Source: an uncultured Pseudomonadota bacterium
GTDB lineage: Bacteria; Babelota; Babeliae; Babelales; Vermiphilaceae
NCBI GenBank assembly: GCA_964575265.1
Contig: CAZNPD010000002.1
Span: forward strand, 196,367-260,366
Direction of reading: 5' to 3'
Length of the DNA: 64,000 nt
The translations under genes and the position numbers were made by a program. This document shows, piece by piece, positions 9,423 through 19,236 of this stretch; the stretch's first letter is position 1, and each line of letters begins with the position of its first letter. The notes beneath the pieces were generated by a model, which saw only the letters and a list, made by a program, of their open reading frames with translations, was not told where the DNA came from and did not search any database.

Positions 9423-10325
9423 ATGCAAACGATCGCTATTTCTCAACTTATTCATTCATTATCACATTCATTAAATGAATATCATCATGATGAATTACTT
9501 GCATCACAATACGCATGGTGGATACTTGAAGCAATAACAAATCAATCTAAAGCAACACTTCTTCAAAGTGAATATCTTGTTCTCTCTCCAGAACAGATCA
9601 ATCGTATAGATGAATGGATACATGATCATACTATTGAGCATAAACCTCTTGCGTATCTTATTGGATTTGTTCCATTTCTCGATTTAACTATTTTTGTAGA
9701 GCAACCTATTTTAATACCACGTCCCGAAACTGAAGAATGGTGCGCCTACGTCATCGAAAAGTATCGCGCATATGCAGAAAAACCATTACGCATTCTTGAT
9801 CTATGCACCGGATCTGGATGCATAGCGCTTGCATTTGCACATGCATTTCCAGAATCACATGTATACGCTGTTGATATCTCCGCAAAAGCTCTCGTTCTTG
9901 CTCAAAAAAATGCTCTTGCAAACAATATCACTAACATTACCTTCATAGAATCTGATCTATTCACCTTAGTACCATTTATGACATTTGATATTATACTTTC
10001 CAATCCGCCATACATCTCACATGAAGAATGGCTTACTCTTGATTTTAGTGTAAAAGAGTGGGAAGACTATCATGCTCTTGTAGCCGCTAATGATGGCCTT
10101 CATATAATTAGTCGTATTATTAATCATGCAAAACCATTTTTATCAAGCAATAATACTGACTTGCATTATCTGTATCTCGAAGTAGGATATAATCAAGCGC
10201 AGATTGTAGCGCACATGATGAAGCAATCAGGATACTCTTCCGTTGAAACGTGGTATGACAGCGGGCAGAAAGAGAGACTGGTATTCGGGAGAATAACACA
10301 TGCAACAACCAATTCTCACGGTTGA
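9423..10325 (+). CDS. prmC: release-factor glutamine N5-methyltransferase PrmC/HemK
   Basis: SAM-binding DLCTGSGCIALA and the catalytic NPPY tetrapeptide (LSNPPYI). Confidence 0.85.
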   Translation: MQTIAISQLIHSLSHSLNEYHHDELLASQYAWWILEAITNQSKATLLQSEYLVLSPEQINRIDEWIHDHTIEHKPLAYLIGFVPFLDLTIFVEQPILIPRPETEEWCAYVIEKYRAYAEKPLRILDLCTGSGCIALAFAHAFPESHVYAVDISAKALVLAQKNALANNITNITFIESDLFTLVPFMTFDIILSNPPYISHEEWLTLDFSVKEWEDYHALVAANDGLHIISRIINHAKPFLSSNNTDLHYLYLEVGYNQAQIVAHMMKQSGYSSVETWYDSGQKERLVFGRITHATTNSHG

Positions 10326-10977
10326 TATAAATCCACATTCTGTAACAATAGCATTCTTCACACAAACTGAATCTCCTCTCCCTATCCATTTGCAAGCATT
10401 TGATCGTATTCCAGCGTATGAAATTGCTCTTAATAGAGCAGTGCCTTACAACAGTTCTGCTCTTGTTTTGTATATAGAATCTTTTATAAAAAAGCATAGA
10501 ATACCAACAAAATATCTTGCACTCAGTATTTCTGGAGATCCACTTAAAGAGACTCTGATTTCTTGTTCGCAAGAAGAGATTGTACATCATTATTCATCTG
10601 AGAATCACTATCAGACACATTATATACAACTGAATAACCGCTCTCACAATATCGCAACATGGTATATTGCAGGATTACCAAATCCGCTAATCCTGCAATA
10701 TCAACTTATTGCATTTCGAAGTAATCTAATGATCAATCGCATCACGAGTACAAAATATGCGCTTATTACTCTCTATAAATATATTCATGCTTCTACCTAT
10801 CGTGATGAAAAGCTTATTAATGATCTTTATCTTCATCAATCAAATGTATCATTAATCTGTCCTGATCTTTTACATCGAATTATTAAAACATCTGCATTAG
10901 AATCCAATCTAACTTATGATGATGCACCATCAATATTTGCTGTTGGAGGTCTTGCACTATTAGAAAGAAACTCATGA
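10300..10977 (+). CDS. PilM-like (actin-fold) protein, short form
   Basis: The N-terminal ILTVDINPHSVTIAFF resembles the PilM/FtsA phosphate-1 strand, and the C-terminal IFAVGGLALL resembles the GG adenosine motif. At 225 aa it is shorter than typical PilM. The stop overlaps the start of the next gene (ATGA). Confidence 0.35.
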   Translation: MQQPILTVDINPHSVTIAFFTQTESPLPIHLQAFDRIPAYEIALNRAVPYNSSALVLYIESFIKKHRIPTKYLALSISGDPLKETLISCSQEEIVHHYSSENHYQTHYIQLNNRSHNIATWYIAGLPNPLILQYQLIAFRSNLMINRITSTKYALITLYKYIHASTYRDEKLINDLYLHQSNVSLICPDLLHRIIKTSALESNLTYDDAPSIFAVGGLALLERNS

Positions 10978-11525
10978 AAGATATTAATTTTGTTCCTCAC
11001 TCATCAACTCAAAATAATTCTCATTCTCGCTGGCTATTTATTTCGCTTATTACTCTTACAGCAATAACATTAAGCCTTATCAGTATCACTATTCCATATG
11101 TCCAAACATATACTTCGCTATCACAACAAGTAGAAACACTCCGCACATTGGTGCATCAACAAGAACAGCTAACCCTTAATCAGTCTACAATCGAAAAAAA
11201 ACATGCTGACCTTCTATTACAATGTAATCAATTGAACAAGCATATTCATAAAGTATCTCCGCTGGTAACCGCACTTGAGCATATCATTACCTCTATCGGT
11301 AATACAACCTTACATGAATTGGTCATTAATAGGAAATCTATTGAATTACGAGTCGAAAGTAATAGTGCTGCAGATCTTACAATTCTTCATCAATCTATCA
11401 TTAAAGAAAAAATTATTGATCGAGCACAACTTACGCAACTTATTCCTGTCAATAATAGTCACAATCTTCAAGCGCGTATTACTGCAATGACATCCATTAT
11501 CACGAAGCCGGCAATGATCGATTAA
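10974..11525 (+). CDS. PilN-like bitopic membrane protein
   Basis: N-terminal INFVP (compare the INLLP PilM-binding motif of PilN), one TM segment (WLFISLITLTAITLSLISI), a coiled coil, then a segment TLHELVINRKSIELRVESNSAADLTILHQSI that fits the PilN C-terminal pattern. Length is typical at 183 aa. Confidence 0.45.
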   Translation: MKDINFVPHSSTQNNSHSRWLFISLITLTAITLSLISITIPYVQTYTSLSQQVETLRTLVHQQEQLTLNQSTIEKKHADLLLQCNQLNKHIHKVSPLVTALEHIITSIGNTTLHELVINRKSIELRVESNSAADLTILHQSIIKEKIIDRAQLTQLIPVNNSHNLQARITAMTSIITKPAMID

Positions 11526-12069
11526 AATCAATTACTGGATATTTCCTTCTAAATTCGAGTAAGAGCGATTCGCACGCTATACGTTTTAATGTCTGTTCTA
11601 CTTCAAAAGATTCTATGTACGGTTGAATATGAGAAGAATGATGCTCATTCTCATCATCTTTTTCAATCATTTTTTGTTTAATAATCTCATAATAGCGGTG
11701 CGCGAATGTTTCTTCATATCTCATTACGGGTCCCGTATTAAGATTTGCCATGCATTGTACATTAGAATCTACCTTATGAGAGGGTAATGGCTTTCGTTTA
11801 AAATATTTAAAGTACTTATTTTCTAGCCATGTATAGCATCGATAAAGCGCTGCTTTTTTGCATGTATCATCAAGCTCTTTATCATCAGCCATAGCTTGAT
11901 ATCCCATACGTAATGTAAAAACAATATCGTAAACTATATCAACTTTATATGTATGAATTCTTGTTATTAATAGATCTTCAGACGCTTGAACATTTGATAG
12001 TCGTATATCTTCAGAACAGATTGTTGTAGATACTATGCTTAACAATACAAGCACTATTCTATATATCAT
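11500..12069 (-). CDS. hypothetical secreted protein
   Basis: Signal-like MIYRIVLVLLSIVSTTIC and no known motif. Its 3' end converges on and overlaps the PilN-like gene by 26 nt. Confidence 0.45.
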   Translation of the reverse strand: MIYRIVLVLLSIVSTTICSEDIRLSNVQASEDLLITRIHTYKVDIVYDIVFTLRMGYQAMADDKELDDTCKKAALYRCYTWLENKYFKYFKRKPLPSHKVDSNVQCMANLNTGPVMRYEETFAHRYYEIIKQKMIEKDDENEHHSSHIQPYIESFEVEQTLKRIACESLLLEFRRKYPVIDFNRSLPAS

Positions 12070-12203
12070 AAGAACCCCCTTTATCTCCTTACATCATAAT
12101 ACATGCCATATAAAATAATACACAATAGTATATCGCGATGCCTATAAAAATATGGTAGGCTATATCTAAATCGTATATAACTCTCTATTGTCATGTTGCA
12201 TCT

Positions 12204-14066
12204 ATGCCTAAAATTAAACAATTATCTCTTCATGAAGCACAAAAGATCGCCGCTGGCGAAGTTGTTGAACGCCCTGCCAATATCGTTAAAGAATTAGTTG
12301 AAAATGCTCTTGATGCTGGATCAACAGCTATAACAATATACATCGAAGATGGTGGAAAAAGACTCATTCGTATTATCGATAATGGATGTGGAATGGATGA
12401 AATTGATGCTCATATGAGCATCATTAAGCATGCAACTAGCAAAGTTTCTACACTTGAAGACTTACAGACTATACAAACACATGGATTCCGTGGTGAAGCA
12501 CTTGCAAGTATCTGCGCTATTGCTCGTATAACACTCACAACGAAAGATGTCTCTTCATCTCAAGGAATCCGACTTACTATAGAAAATAGTACTATCATTT
12601 CACAAGAGGCTGTTGCTCATACAACTGGTACTGACATTTCTGTTGCTGATCTCTTTTATACCATTCCTGCACGCAAAAAATTCCTGAAATCTCGCGATAC
12701 TGAATGGCACCATATTCATCAACTTCTTATTGCGTGCGCCTTGGATTACCCTATGGTACAATTTACACTCTATCATGATAATAAGCAGATATTTCATTGT
12801 AAATCTACTCAATCAATGGGTGATCGAATCAGACAATTATTTGAGCAAGATATTGCAGAATCAATGATACTTATAGAGAATAAGCGTACCCATCCACGCA
12901 TGGAAATAGACGGTTTTATATCGCCTCACACGTATAATCGTTATGACCGTAATGAAATCTATTTCTTTGTAAACAATCGCTGGGTAAAAAACCATACTTT
13001 AGCAACAGCGCTTATTAAGGGTTATAAGCAACTACTTCCTCCACGGAAATATCCTATTGCTGTAGTCTCTATCTCAATAGATCCACACATGGTTGATATC
13101 AATATTCATCCGCGCAAAGAAGAAGTTAAATTTTTGCATCCTCGTATTATTGAAGATCTTATACAACAAGCTGTTACACAGGCTCTTGAAAAGACAACGT
13201 CTTCTCATATTACCGCATCATCACAAGCGCATAATGATATTATGCAACACCGTACAAATATTGCACCATTTTCATTTCTTACCAATATACAAAGAGATCC
13301 GTTTGTAAAAGCAGCTGCAGAGATAGAGTCTACTCCAAATTTTTCTGCTAAGACTGAGCAATTCTTTGTACCATCACAATCTCCAATACCACATCAAAAT
13401 AACACCCGAATTCCAGCATCGCAGCCTATGGCTATTCCACTTGTATCTGACACACAACAATCGCTACATCAAGTACACGATATTCCCGAATATCGCTTAA
13501 TTGGTCAATATAATAATACCTATCTTCTCATTGAAGAACCAACGGGTCTTTATATTATAGATCAACATGCTGCGCATGAACGAGTATTATATGAACAATT
13601 TAATAAACGATTTGACCAAGTACCAACCATTAATCTGATGTTTCCTGAGATCATCACATTATCGCAAAATGATTATGATCTTTTGCTTCCACATTTAGAT
13701 ATTTTTCATACTCATGCTATTACCATAGAACCATGTGGATCTCAACAGCTCATTGTGACATCAACTCCTGTTTATCTCAAATCAGTATCCTGTGAACAAC
13801 TAGTACAAGAGGTTGTTACACATATCAAAGAATCTGATACTATTGACACTGAACAATTGCAACGATCAATGCAAGAACGATTACGCGCACAAATGGCATG
13901 CAAGGCAGCAGTAAAAGCTGGTGATATATTAACCACAGAACAGATGATTGAACTTCTTAAAGATTTGCACAAAACAGAAAATCGATTTGCGTGTCCTCAC
14001 GGAAGACCAACTGGATTTCTGCTGAGTATGTATGAGATTGAGAAGAAGTTTAAACGCCGATTATAG
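12204..14066 (+). CDS. mutL: DNA mismatch repair protein MutL (endonuclease-type)
   Basis: GHKL ATPase N-terminus (IAAGEVVERPANIVKELVENALDAG, DNGCGM). C-terminal DQHAAHERVLYE endonuclease motif and CPHGRP. Ends in TAG. Confidence 0.9.
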   Translation: MPKIKQLSLHEAQKIAAGEVVERPANIVKELVENALDAGSTAITIYIEDGGKRLIRIIDNGCGMDEIDAHMSIIKHATSKVSTLEDLQTIQTHGFRGEALASICAIARITLTTKDVSSSQGIRLTIENSTIISQEAVAHTTGTDISVADLFYTIPARKKFLKSRDTEWHHIHQLLIACALDYPMVQFTLYHDNKQIFHCKSTQSMGDRIRQLFEQDIAESMILIENKRTHPRMEIDGFISPHTYNRYDRNEIYFFVNNRWVKNHTLATALIKGYKQLLPPRKYPIAVVSISIDPHMVDINIHPRKEEVKFLHPRIIEDLIQQAVTQALEKTTSSHITASSQAHNDIMQHRTNIAPFSFLTNIQRDPFVKAAAEIESTPNFSAKTEQFFVPSQSPIPHQNNTRIPASQPMAIPLVSDTQQSLHQVHDIPEYRLIGQYNNTYLLIEEPTGLYIIDQHAAHERVLYEQFNKRFDQVPTINLMFPEIITLSQNDYDLLLPHLDIFHTHAITIEPCGSQQLIVTSTPVYLKSVSCEQLVQEVVTHIKESDTIDTEQLQRSMQERLRAQMACKAAVKAGDILTTEQMIELLKDLHKTENRFACPHGRPTGFLLSMYEIEKKFKRRL

Positions 14067-14166
14067 TCATCTACACTATTTTTATATATAAACAAAAAAT
14101 CGATTTTATTAATAAAGATAAGTATATGTTATCTCATTGATAAAATCGATTTTCTACACAATATAC

Positions 14167-14373
14167 TTAGCGACGTAATAGATCGATAAGCGCTTGTAAT
14201 GATACATGTACTTGTGGGAGACCCTGCATCTGTAATCCATAATTAATAATAGCCAGTGCTAAGAATGCTCCCGCAACCGCTAAAATTCTATCCCATGCAG
14301 TAAATGCAAACAAAATAATACCTACCGCTACTAACAACATTCCTACTTGTTTACTATTTAATGGTTGTTTCAT
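14167..14373 (-). CDS. small two-TM membrane protein
   Basis: Start moved to the ATG at 14371-14373 (MKQPLNSKQVGMLLVAVGIILFAF...AVAGAFLALAIINYG). Lies downstream of the MIP-channel gene on the same strand. Confidence 0.45.
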   Translation of the reverse strand: MKQPLNSKQVGMLLVAVGIILFAFTAWDRILAVAGAFLALAIINYGLQMQGLPQVHVSLQALIDLLRR

Positions 14374-14526
14374 ACAACTCCTTTTTATAGATGGATATAC
14401 TATACTACCTTGATTACCACGTTTATACATAAAACTGCAAGAAGTGGTGTAATAAAAATCTATAAAAAAAGAGAGCCTATAAAAGGCTCTCTCATTAAGT
14501 TTTTTCATATATCGCTGTAGAGGTGC

Positions 14527-15147
14527 TTAACGTTCTTCAACAGGAACAAGATATTCAAATACATATACGGCAATTGCAGCACCAATAAAAGCACCACCTA
14601 CATACATTGCTACATTATTCCATACTACTGGCACATGCTTAAAGGCTGCAAATAGATACGAACCGAGTGCGATTGCAGGATTAAAAAGACCGCCTGAAAC
14701 GGGAGCTCCTACTGCTGCTAATGCTGGAACTGCAAACCCTATAGCAAAACCAAAAATATGTGCTTCTCGATACTTACGCATAGTTGCTACCGCAAGCACA
14801 ATAGATGCAAACATAAATGCCAATAATATTTCCATACCAAATGCATAGAGCAATGGAGCTGCTGGACGAGGAAGCCGTGCATGAATTTGAAATGTATAGG
14901 TTATTGCATATGCTAAAAATCCGCCTGCTACTTGTGCTAATGCATACCATGGAAATTCATTCCAACGTAATCTACCACGTAATGCCATAGCAAACGATAT
15001 GAGCGGATTATAATGCGCACCAGAAACATACGCACCAATATAGATCCACGACATAAGCATGCATCCAATTGCTACTGGATTAGCACCACATGCTATTGAA
15101 AAAATGAAAAAAAATGTTCCTATCAATTCCATTACAAGCTTCTTCAT
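14527..15147 (-). CDS. MIP-family channel (aquaporin/glycerol-facilitator-like)
   Basis: Six hydrophobic segments. The first signature reads SGAHYNPLISFA (NPL instead of NPA) and the second reads GGLFNPAIALG. Confidence 0.8.
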   Translation of the reverse strand: MKKLVMELIGTFFFIFSIACGANPVAIGCMLMSWIYIGAYVSGAHYNPLISFAMALRGRLRWNEFPWYALAQVAGGFLAYAITYTFQIHARLPRPAAPLLYAFGMEILLAFMFASIVLAVATMRKYREAHIFGFAIGFAVPALAAVGAPVSGGLFNPAIALGSYLFAAFKHVPVVWNNVAMYVGGAFIGAAIAVYVFEYLVPVEER

Positions 15148-15320
15148 ATATTTATTCCTCTGAAAAGTAATAATATAATTAACACAGTAGAAATGCTACT
15201 GTGTTATATCTATAAAAAGCAATAGCTTGTGCAAATCACTAATATAGATAGATGCAAAAAAATAAAATCGTACATCTTATTGCATCATAATGTAAAAAGT
15301 GTTACTTCTTTACGAATGCA

Positions 15321-15977
15321 TCAAAAATTAAAATTCATTATCTCTTTTACCGTCTCTTTTACATCATCTCTCATTCTTAAGATACGATTCTTAATTAAAC
15401 CTTTTTTAGTAGAATGTCGTTTTATCAAATGTAATGTGATAATCACTTGCGAACTAAATAAAATATTACACGTCGTACATGCGTTATGACATCGAACAGC
15501 ATGAGCATATATACCGTATTTCTTCATAAAAGAAGAATCGCATAATGGACATACATTTTTATTTTTTTTCGGAATTATTTTTCTACATATATCCGTGAAT
15601 TCGCTTGCTTCAGTTGCAATGAGTGATTCTATGCGACTGTAGCTATCATTGTGTATAGTAGAGAGAGTAATTGCTGTCTCATCTTTTTCTATCTGATCTA
15701 TTAGATCTTCATCTTGATCATTACATATAGTTGAGATTCGCATGCTATTATTACATAAAGCAGAAGTACTTATAGAATTATGCATAGACCATAATGAAGA
15801 TGTCGCTGATACGGGAATAATCTTATACAATTTTTCTGATTCAGAATCTGGTATAAAGGTAGGAAATACAATAACATCCTTATTCTGCTCATTACATATT
15901 TCAGATATTTGCATACCATATAAAGACGAGAATATGACTGTTATGGATAAAAGAGATCCATGTAAAAAATATTTCAT
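15321..15977 (-). CDS. signal-peptide protein with two tandem classical C2H2 zinc fingers
   Basis: N-terminal MKYFLHGSLLSITVIFSSLYG. Residues 143-164 (CPLCDSSFMKKYGIYAHAVRCH) and 167-187 (CTTCNILFSSQVIITLHLIKRH) each fit C-x2-C-x3-F-x5-hydrophobic-x2-H-x4-H. They are encoded at about 15417-15551. Confidence 0.6.
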   Translation of the reverse strand: MKYFLHGSLLSITVIFSSLYGMQISEICNEQNKDVIVFPTFIPDSESEKLYKIIPVSATSSLWSMHNSISTSALCNNSMRISTICNDQDEDLIDQIEKDETAITLSTIHNDSYSRIESLIATEASEFTDICRKIIPKKNKNVCPLCDSSFMKKYGIYAHAVRCHNACTTCNILFSSQVIITLHLIKRHSTKKGLIKNRILRMRDDVKETVKEIMNFNF

Positions 15978-16387
15978 AATTCACCATTTCACAATTACAT
16001 ATAACATACATCATAGTGAGTAATCGCTGTGCGTTACAATCGCTTCATCTACTATTTGATAACAATTTTTAAGCTCGATGGTATCAATAGAATGAATTCG
16101 GAAGAAATTAAAGTAGATTATAGTCCCATGCATATATCGTTTATTTATATTCTCTGATTAAAGAGGAAAATGAAATCTTAACTTTCTTATAACGCAATGC
16201 GAATCTTAATACTATATGAATATATTACACAAATATAGAACCTCATCCAAATATAAGATCTTCTTATATGACTATTACAAAGTCACATATTTAGCATTAT
16301 CCTGTACAATATAGTCGAGTAATAGTACAACATAGTACAATACTATTATGGTAAATAATGACCTCATGTAACGAAAGGAAATGCATA

Positions 16388-16594
16388 ATGGCATTCAGTG
16401 TTAAATCAAAAAAGAGTGGTAAAACTTATTTTTTGCATTCAAAAGAAGTAGTTCTTTCTGGCGGTAAAAAACAGAGAATCTACTATTTTGCAGGAGAAGA
16501 AGATAAGATTCATTCATTACAAGAATTACCTGCAGGATATGAAGTTACTGAAAATGAGCGTACTGGACTTCCTATGTTACGTAAAAAGAAATAG
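16388..16594 (+). CDS. small basic protein of unknown function
   Basis: Start moved to the ATG at 16388, with AAAGGA 9 nt upstream. Product is MAFSVKSKKSGKTYFLHSKEVVLSGGKKQRIYYFAGEE...LPAGYEVTENERTGLPMLRKKK. It has its own terminator. Confidence 0.5.
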   Translation: MAFSVKSKKSGKTYFLHSKEVVLSGGKKQRIYYFAGEEDKIHSLQELPAGYEVTENERTGLPMLRKKK

Positions 16595-16605
16595 CTTCTT
16601 TAGAT

Positions 16606-16638
16606 GTGGACTTCATATCTTGAAGTCCACGCTTTTTT
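16606..16638 (+). terminator. rho-independent terminator
   Basis: GTGGACTTCA / TGAAGTCCAC 10-bp perfect stem with a 5-nt loop, followed by GCTTTTTT. Confidence 0.8.
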
Positions 16639-16738
16639 ATAGATATTTTCTCTTAAATCAATTTCCAAAATTAGAATATATGTTTAGACTAAGATGCAAG
16701 AATCTAGAATATTAACATAATAAAATTCATCAATATTT

Positions 16739-18493
16739 ATGTCTTTACATACGCCATCATATTTGTACGGTTCCAAATATATTTGGAAAATGCCTGATTA
16801 CAATTCTCAAGTAACCGCAGAGATTGCTGCGCTCTACAATATTTCATACCCCATTGCACAGACCCTCCTTACACGTGGTTTTTCTGATAACGATCATATA
16901 CAGTCATTTTTATTTAGCACAATTGATCAAGAAAAGACTAATACATCTTCTATGAAAGATGCATCAAAAGCGGTTGATCGGCTTCTTTATGCCATTGACA
17001 ATAATGAGCCAATTCTTGTAAGTGGCGATTATGATGTTGACGGAATAACATCAGCAGCCATGATGATGATCTGTTTATTACCTTTACATGCACGTATCAA
17101 TTTTTTCCTTCCACATCGCGTTAAAGATGGTTATGGACTCTCAATACGAACTATTGAACGTGCAGCGGCTAATGGATATAAAGTTGTTGTTACTGTCGAT
17201 AATGGAATAACTGCTTTCGATCCTGCAGTTCGCGCAAAAGAGCTTGGAATAGATTTAATAATTACTGATCATCATAAACCACATGCTCATTTACCTGATG
17301 CATATGCCATTGTTAATCCACATCAAACTGATTGTTCATATCCCTTTAAGTCGTTCGCAGGAGTTGGCGTAACATTTAAAATTTTATCATTATTATATGA
17401 AAGAAGAGGTCTTTCATTGCCTCCTAAAGCATATGAGCTCCTATTATTAGGTACAGTTGCTGATGTCGTTCCACTTGTTGATGAGAATAGATATTGGGTT
17501 CGTCACGGCCTTCTACATGTTAATATGCATGAAAGCTTATCGCTGAAAGTATTAAAATCAAATGGGAAAATCGTACATCCAACATTATCATCAACTGACA
17601 TTGGATTTTCTATTGCACCACAAATTAATGCACTCGGTCGACTTGAAGATCCAAGGCAAGCTGTTAAATTTTTAATCGGATCTGACACACAAGAAATTGC
17701 GCACGTAGGAACAGTTCTATTTGAACTCAACGAAACACGAAAAGTAATTGAACGCTCAATTTATCAAAGTGTTATAAAAAAAATTGAACAAGCTCATATT
17801 AATTTACAGAATGATTTGGTAATTGTCGCTCATGATACATCGTGGCCACCAGGTGTTATTGGACTTGTTGCATCTCGAATTGTTGGCACCTATGCACGAC
17901 CAACAATTTTATTACATGAGACTGATAGCGGCATATTAAAAGGATCATGTCGATCTATTCCTGAATTTAATATGTTCAATGCTTTACAAACATGTAGCAA
18001 TCTCCTCATTCAATTTGGCGGTCACGCACAAGCAGCCGGTCTTTCATTATATAAACAGAATCTTGATGCATTTAAAGAGGCATTAAATAATCTTGCTCGT
18101 AATCAATTAACTCCATTTGATTTACAACACAAGCTCACTGTTGATGCATATGCAAAGCTTTCAGATTTTACTAAAAAATTTATGCAAGATTTACAATATC
18201 TTGAACCATTTGGGCATCATAACGCAATACCATCCTTTTATATTTCTCAAGTAATGCAAGTTCAAAAACCACAACTTCTTAAAGATGCACATGTAAAATG
18301 TACTATTGCAGCTGAAGGAGTTGTAAAACAACTCATGTTTTTTAATAGGCCAGAACTCTATCCTCAGTTACTCGATATTGCACACAATCCATTTGACATT
18401 GTGGCACAAGTAAAAGAAAATCATTGGAATGGAAAAACATCAATTGAATTAACCGGCATTGATATATCACATAAAGAATCTGAAGTGAGGTGA
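16739..18493 (+). CDS. recJ: single-stranded-DNA-specific exonuclease RecJ
   Basis: DHH-family motifs GDYDVDGITS, VTVDNGI, ITDHH, and a DHHA1-like GGHAQAAG. Confidence 0.9.
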   Translation: MSLHTPSYLYGSKYIWKMPDYNSQVTAEIAALYNISYPIAQTLLTRGFSDNDHIQSFLFSTIDQEKTNTSSMKDASKAVDRLLYAIDNNEPILVSGDYDVDGITSAAMMMICLLPLHARINFFLPHRVKDGYGLSIRTIERAAANGYKVVVTVDNGITAFDPAVRAKELGIDLIITDHHKPHAHLPDAYAIVNPHQTDCSYPFKSFAGVGVTFKILSLLYERRGLSLPPKAYELLLLGTVADVVPLVDENRYWVRHGLLHVNMHESLSLKVLKSNGKIVHPTLSSTDIGFSIAPQINALGRLEDPRQAVKFLIGSDTQEIAHVGTVLFELNETRKVIERSIYQSVIKKIEQAHINLQNDLVIVAHDTSWPPGVIGLVASRIVGTYARPTILLHETDSGILKGSCRSIPEFNMFNALQTCSNLLIQFGGHAQAAGLSLYKQNLDAFKEALNNLARNQLTPFDLQHKLTVDAYAKLSDFTKKFMQDLQYLEPFGHHNAIPSFYISQVMQVQKPQLLKDAHVKCTIAAEGVVKQLMFFNRPELYPQLLDIAHNPFDIVAQVKENHWNGKTSIELTGIDISHKESEVR

Positions 18494-18494
18494 T

Positions 18495-19178
18495 ATGATT
18501 ATTACTATTGATGGACCCGTTGCAAGTGGTAAATCAACCATCGCACGCCTTCTTGCTGCAAATTTGGATATTTATTACATAAATTCCGGTAGTATTTATC
18601 GTGCATGTGCATACATACTTCTACAAAAATATATGTATACGATATCGCAACTCAAACAACCATCTTTTATTACAATAGTTGATCATATCATAACATCAGG
18701 CGATCTTGTTTATATACATGATTCTCTTACTCAAGAGCAGATCTATTATCAACATCAAAATATAACTACTTATTTGAAATCTGCTGATGTTGATGCTGGT
18801 GCATCAATTATTAGTGCTATTCCTGCAATACGAATCTATATAAATAATTTTTTACGAAATATCAGTAAAGATTATAGCATAGTCATTGATGGACGAGACA
18901 CAGGATCAGTTATATTTCCTCATGCTACTCATAAATTTTATATTACTGCATCGCTTGATGTACGTGTAAATCGTTGGAAAGAAGCACAAAAACAATTAGG
19001 TAACATCCTCTCATTTGAGACAGCATCACAACTTATTCAAGAACGAGATTTACGTGATTCAACACGGCAAGCTGATCCGCTTTGTGTTCCCGATAACGCA
19101 ATTATTATTGATTCATCTCATTACTCTCAGCAGGAATTACTTCAACATTTACAAGACTATATAACAACTCTCACATAA
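18495..19178 (+). CDS. cmk: cytidylate kinase
   Basis: ITIDGPVASGKSTIARLLA P-loop and GRDTGSVIFP. GAGGTGA sits just upstream of the ATG, one nt after the recJ stop. Confidence 0.85.
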   Translation: MIITIDGPVASGKSTIARLLAANLDIYYINSGSIYRACAYILLQKYMYTISQLKQPSFITIVDHIITSGDLVYIHDSLTQEQIYYQHQNITTYLKSADVDAGASIISAIPAIRIYINNFLRNISKDYSIVIDGRDTGSVIFPHATHKFYITASLDVRVNRWKEAQKQLGNILSFETASQLIQERDLRDSTRQADPLCVPDNAIIIDSSHYSQQELLQHLQDYITTLT

Positions 19179-19184
19179 ATATAA

Positions 19185-19216
19185 AAAACAGGGGCTTTTA
19201 AAAAAGCCCCTGTTTT
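19185..19216. terminator. bidirectional hairpin terminator between cmk and the convergent lipoprotein gene
   Basis: AAAACAGGGGCTTTT / AAAAGCCCCTGTTTT 15-bp perfect stem with A/T runs on both sides. Confidence 0.8.
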
Positions 19217-19236
19217 AAATTCTAAAGCGTGATTGC

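Noticed and set aside
10120-10590. 156-aa antisense ORF, and similar long shadow ORFs (1708..2100 +, 28784..29131 -, 30440..30844 -, 22367..22717 -, 34671..34955 -)
   Set aside because: Each lies opposite or overlapping a confidently identified conserved gene or its start. All have compositionally odd, Cys/Ile/Phe-rich products and no RBS that I could see. They are typical shadow ORFs of AT-rich DNA.
14096-14153. Two copies of the 12-nt self-complementary AAAATCGATTTT (14096-14107 and 14142-14153) as a regulatory operator pair
   Set aside because: They sit in the convergent gap between the mutL stop and the stop of the 14167 gene, not in a promoter. Together with the internal GATAA-N7-TTATC hairpin, they are more simply explained as a compound bidirectional terminator structure.
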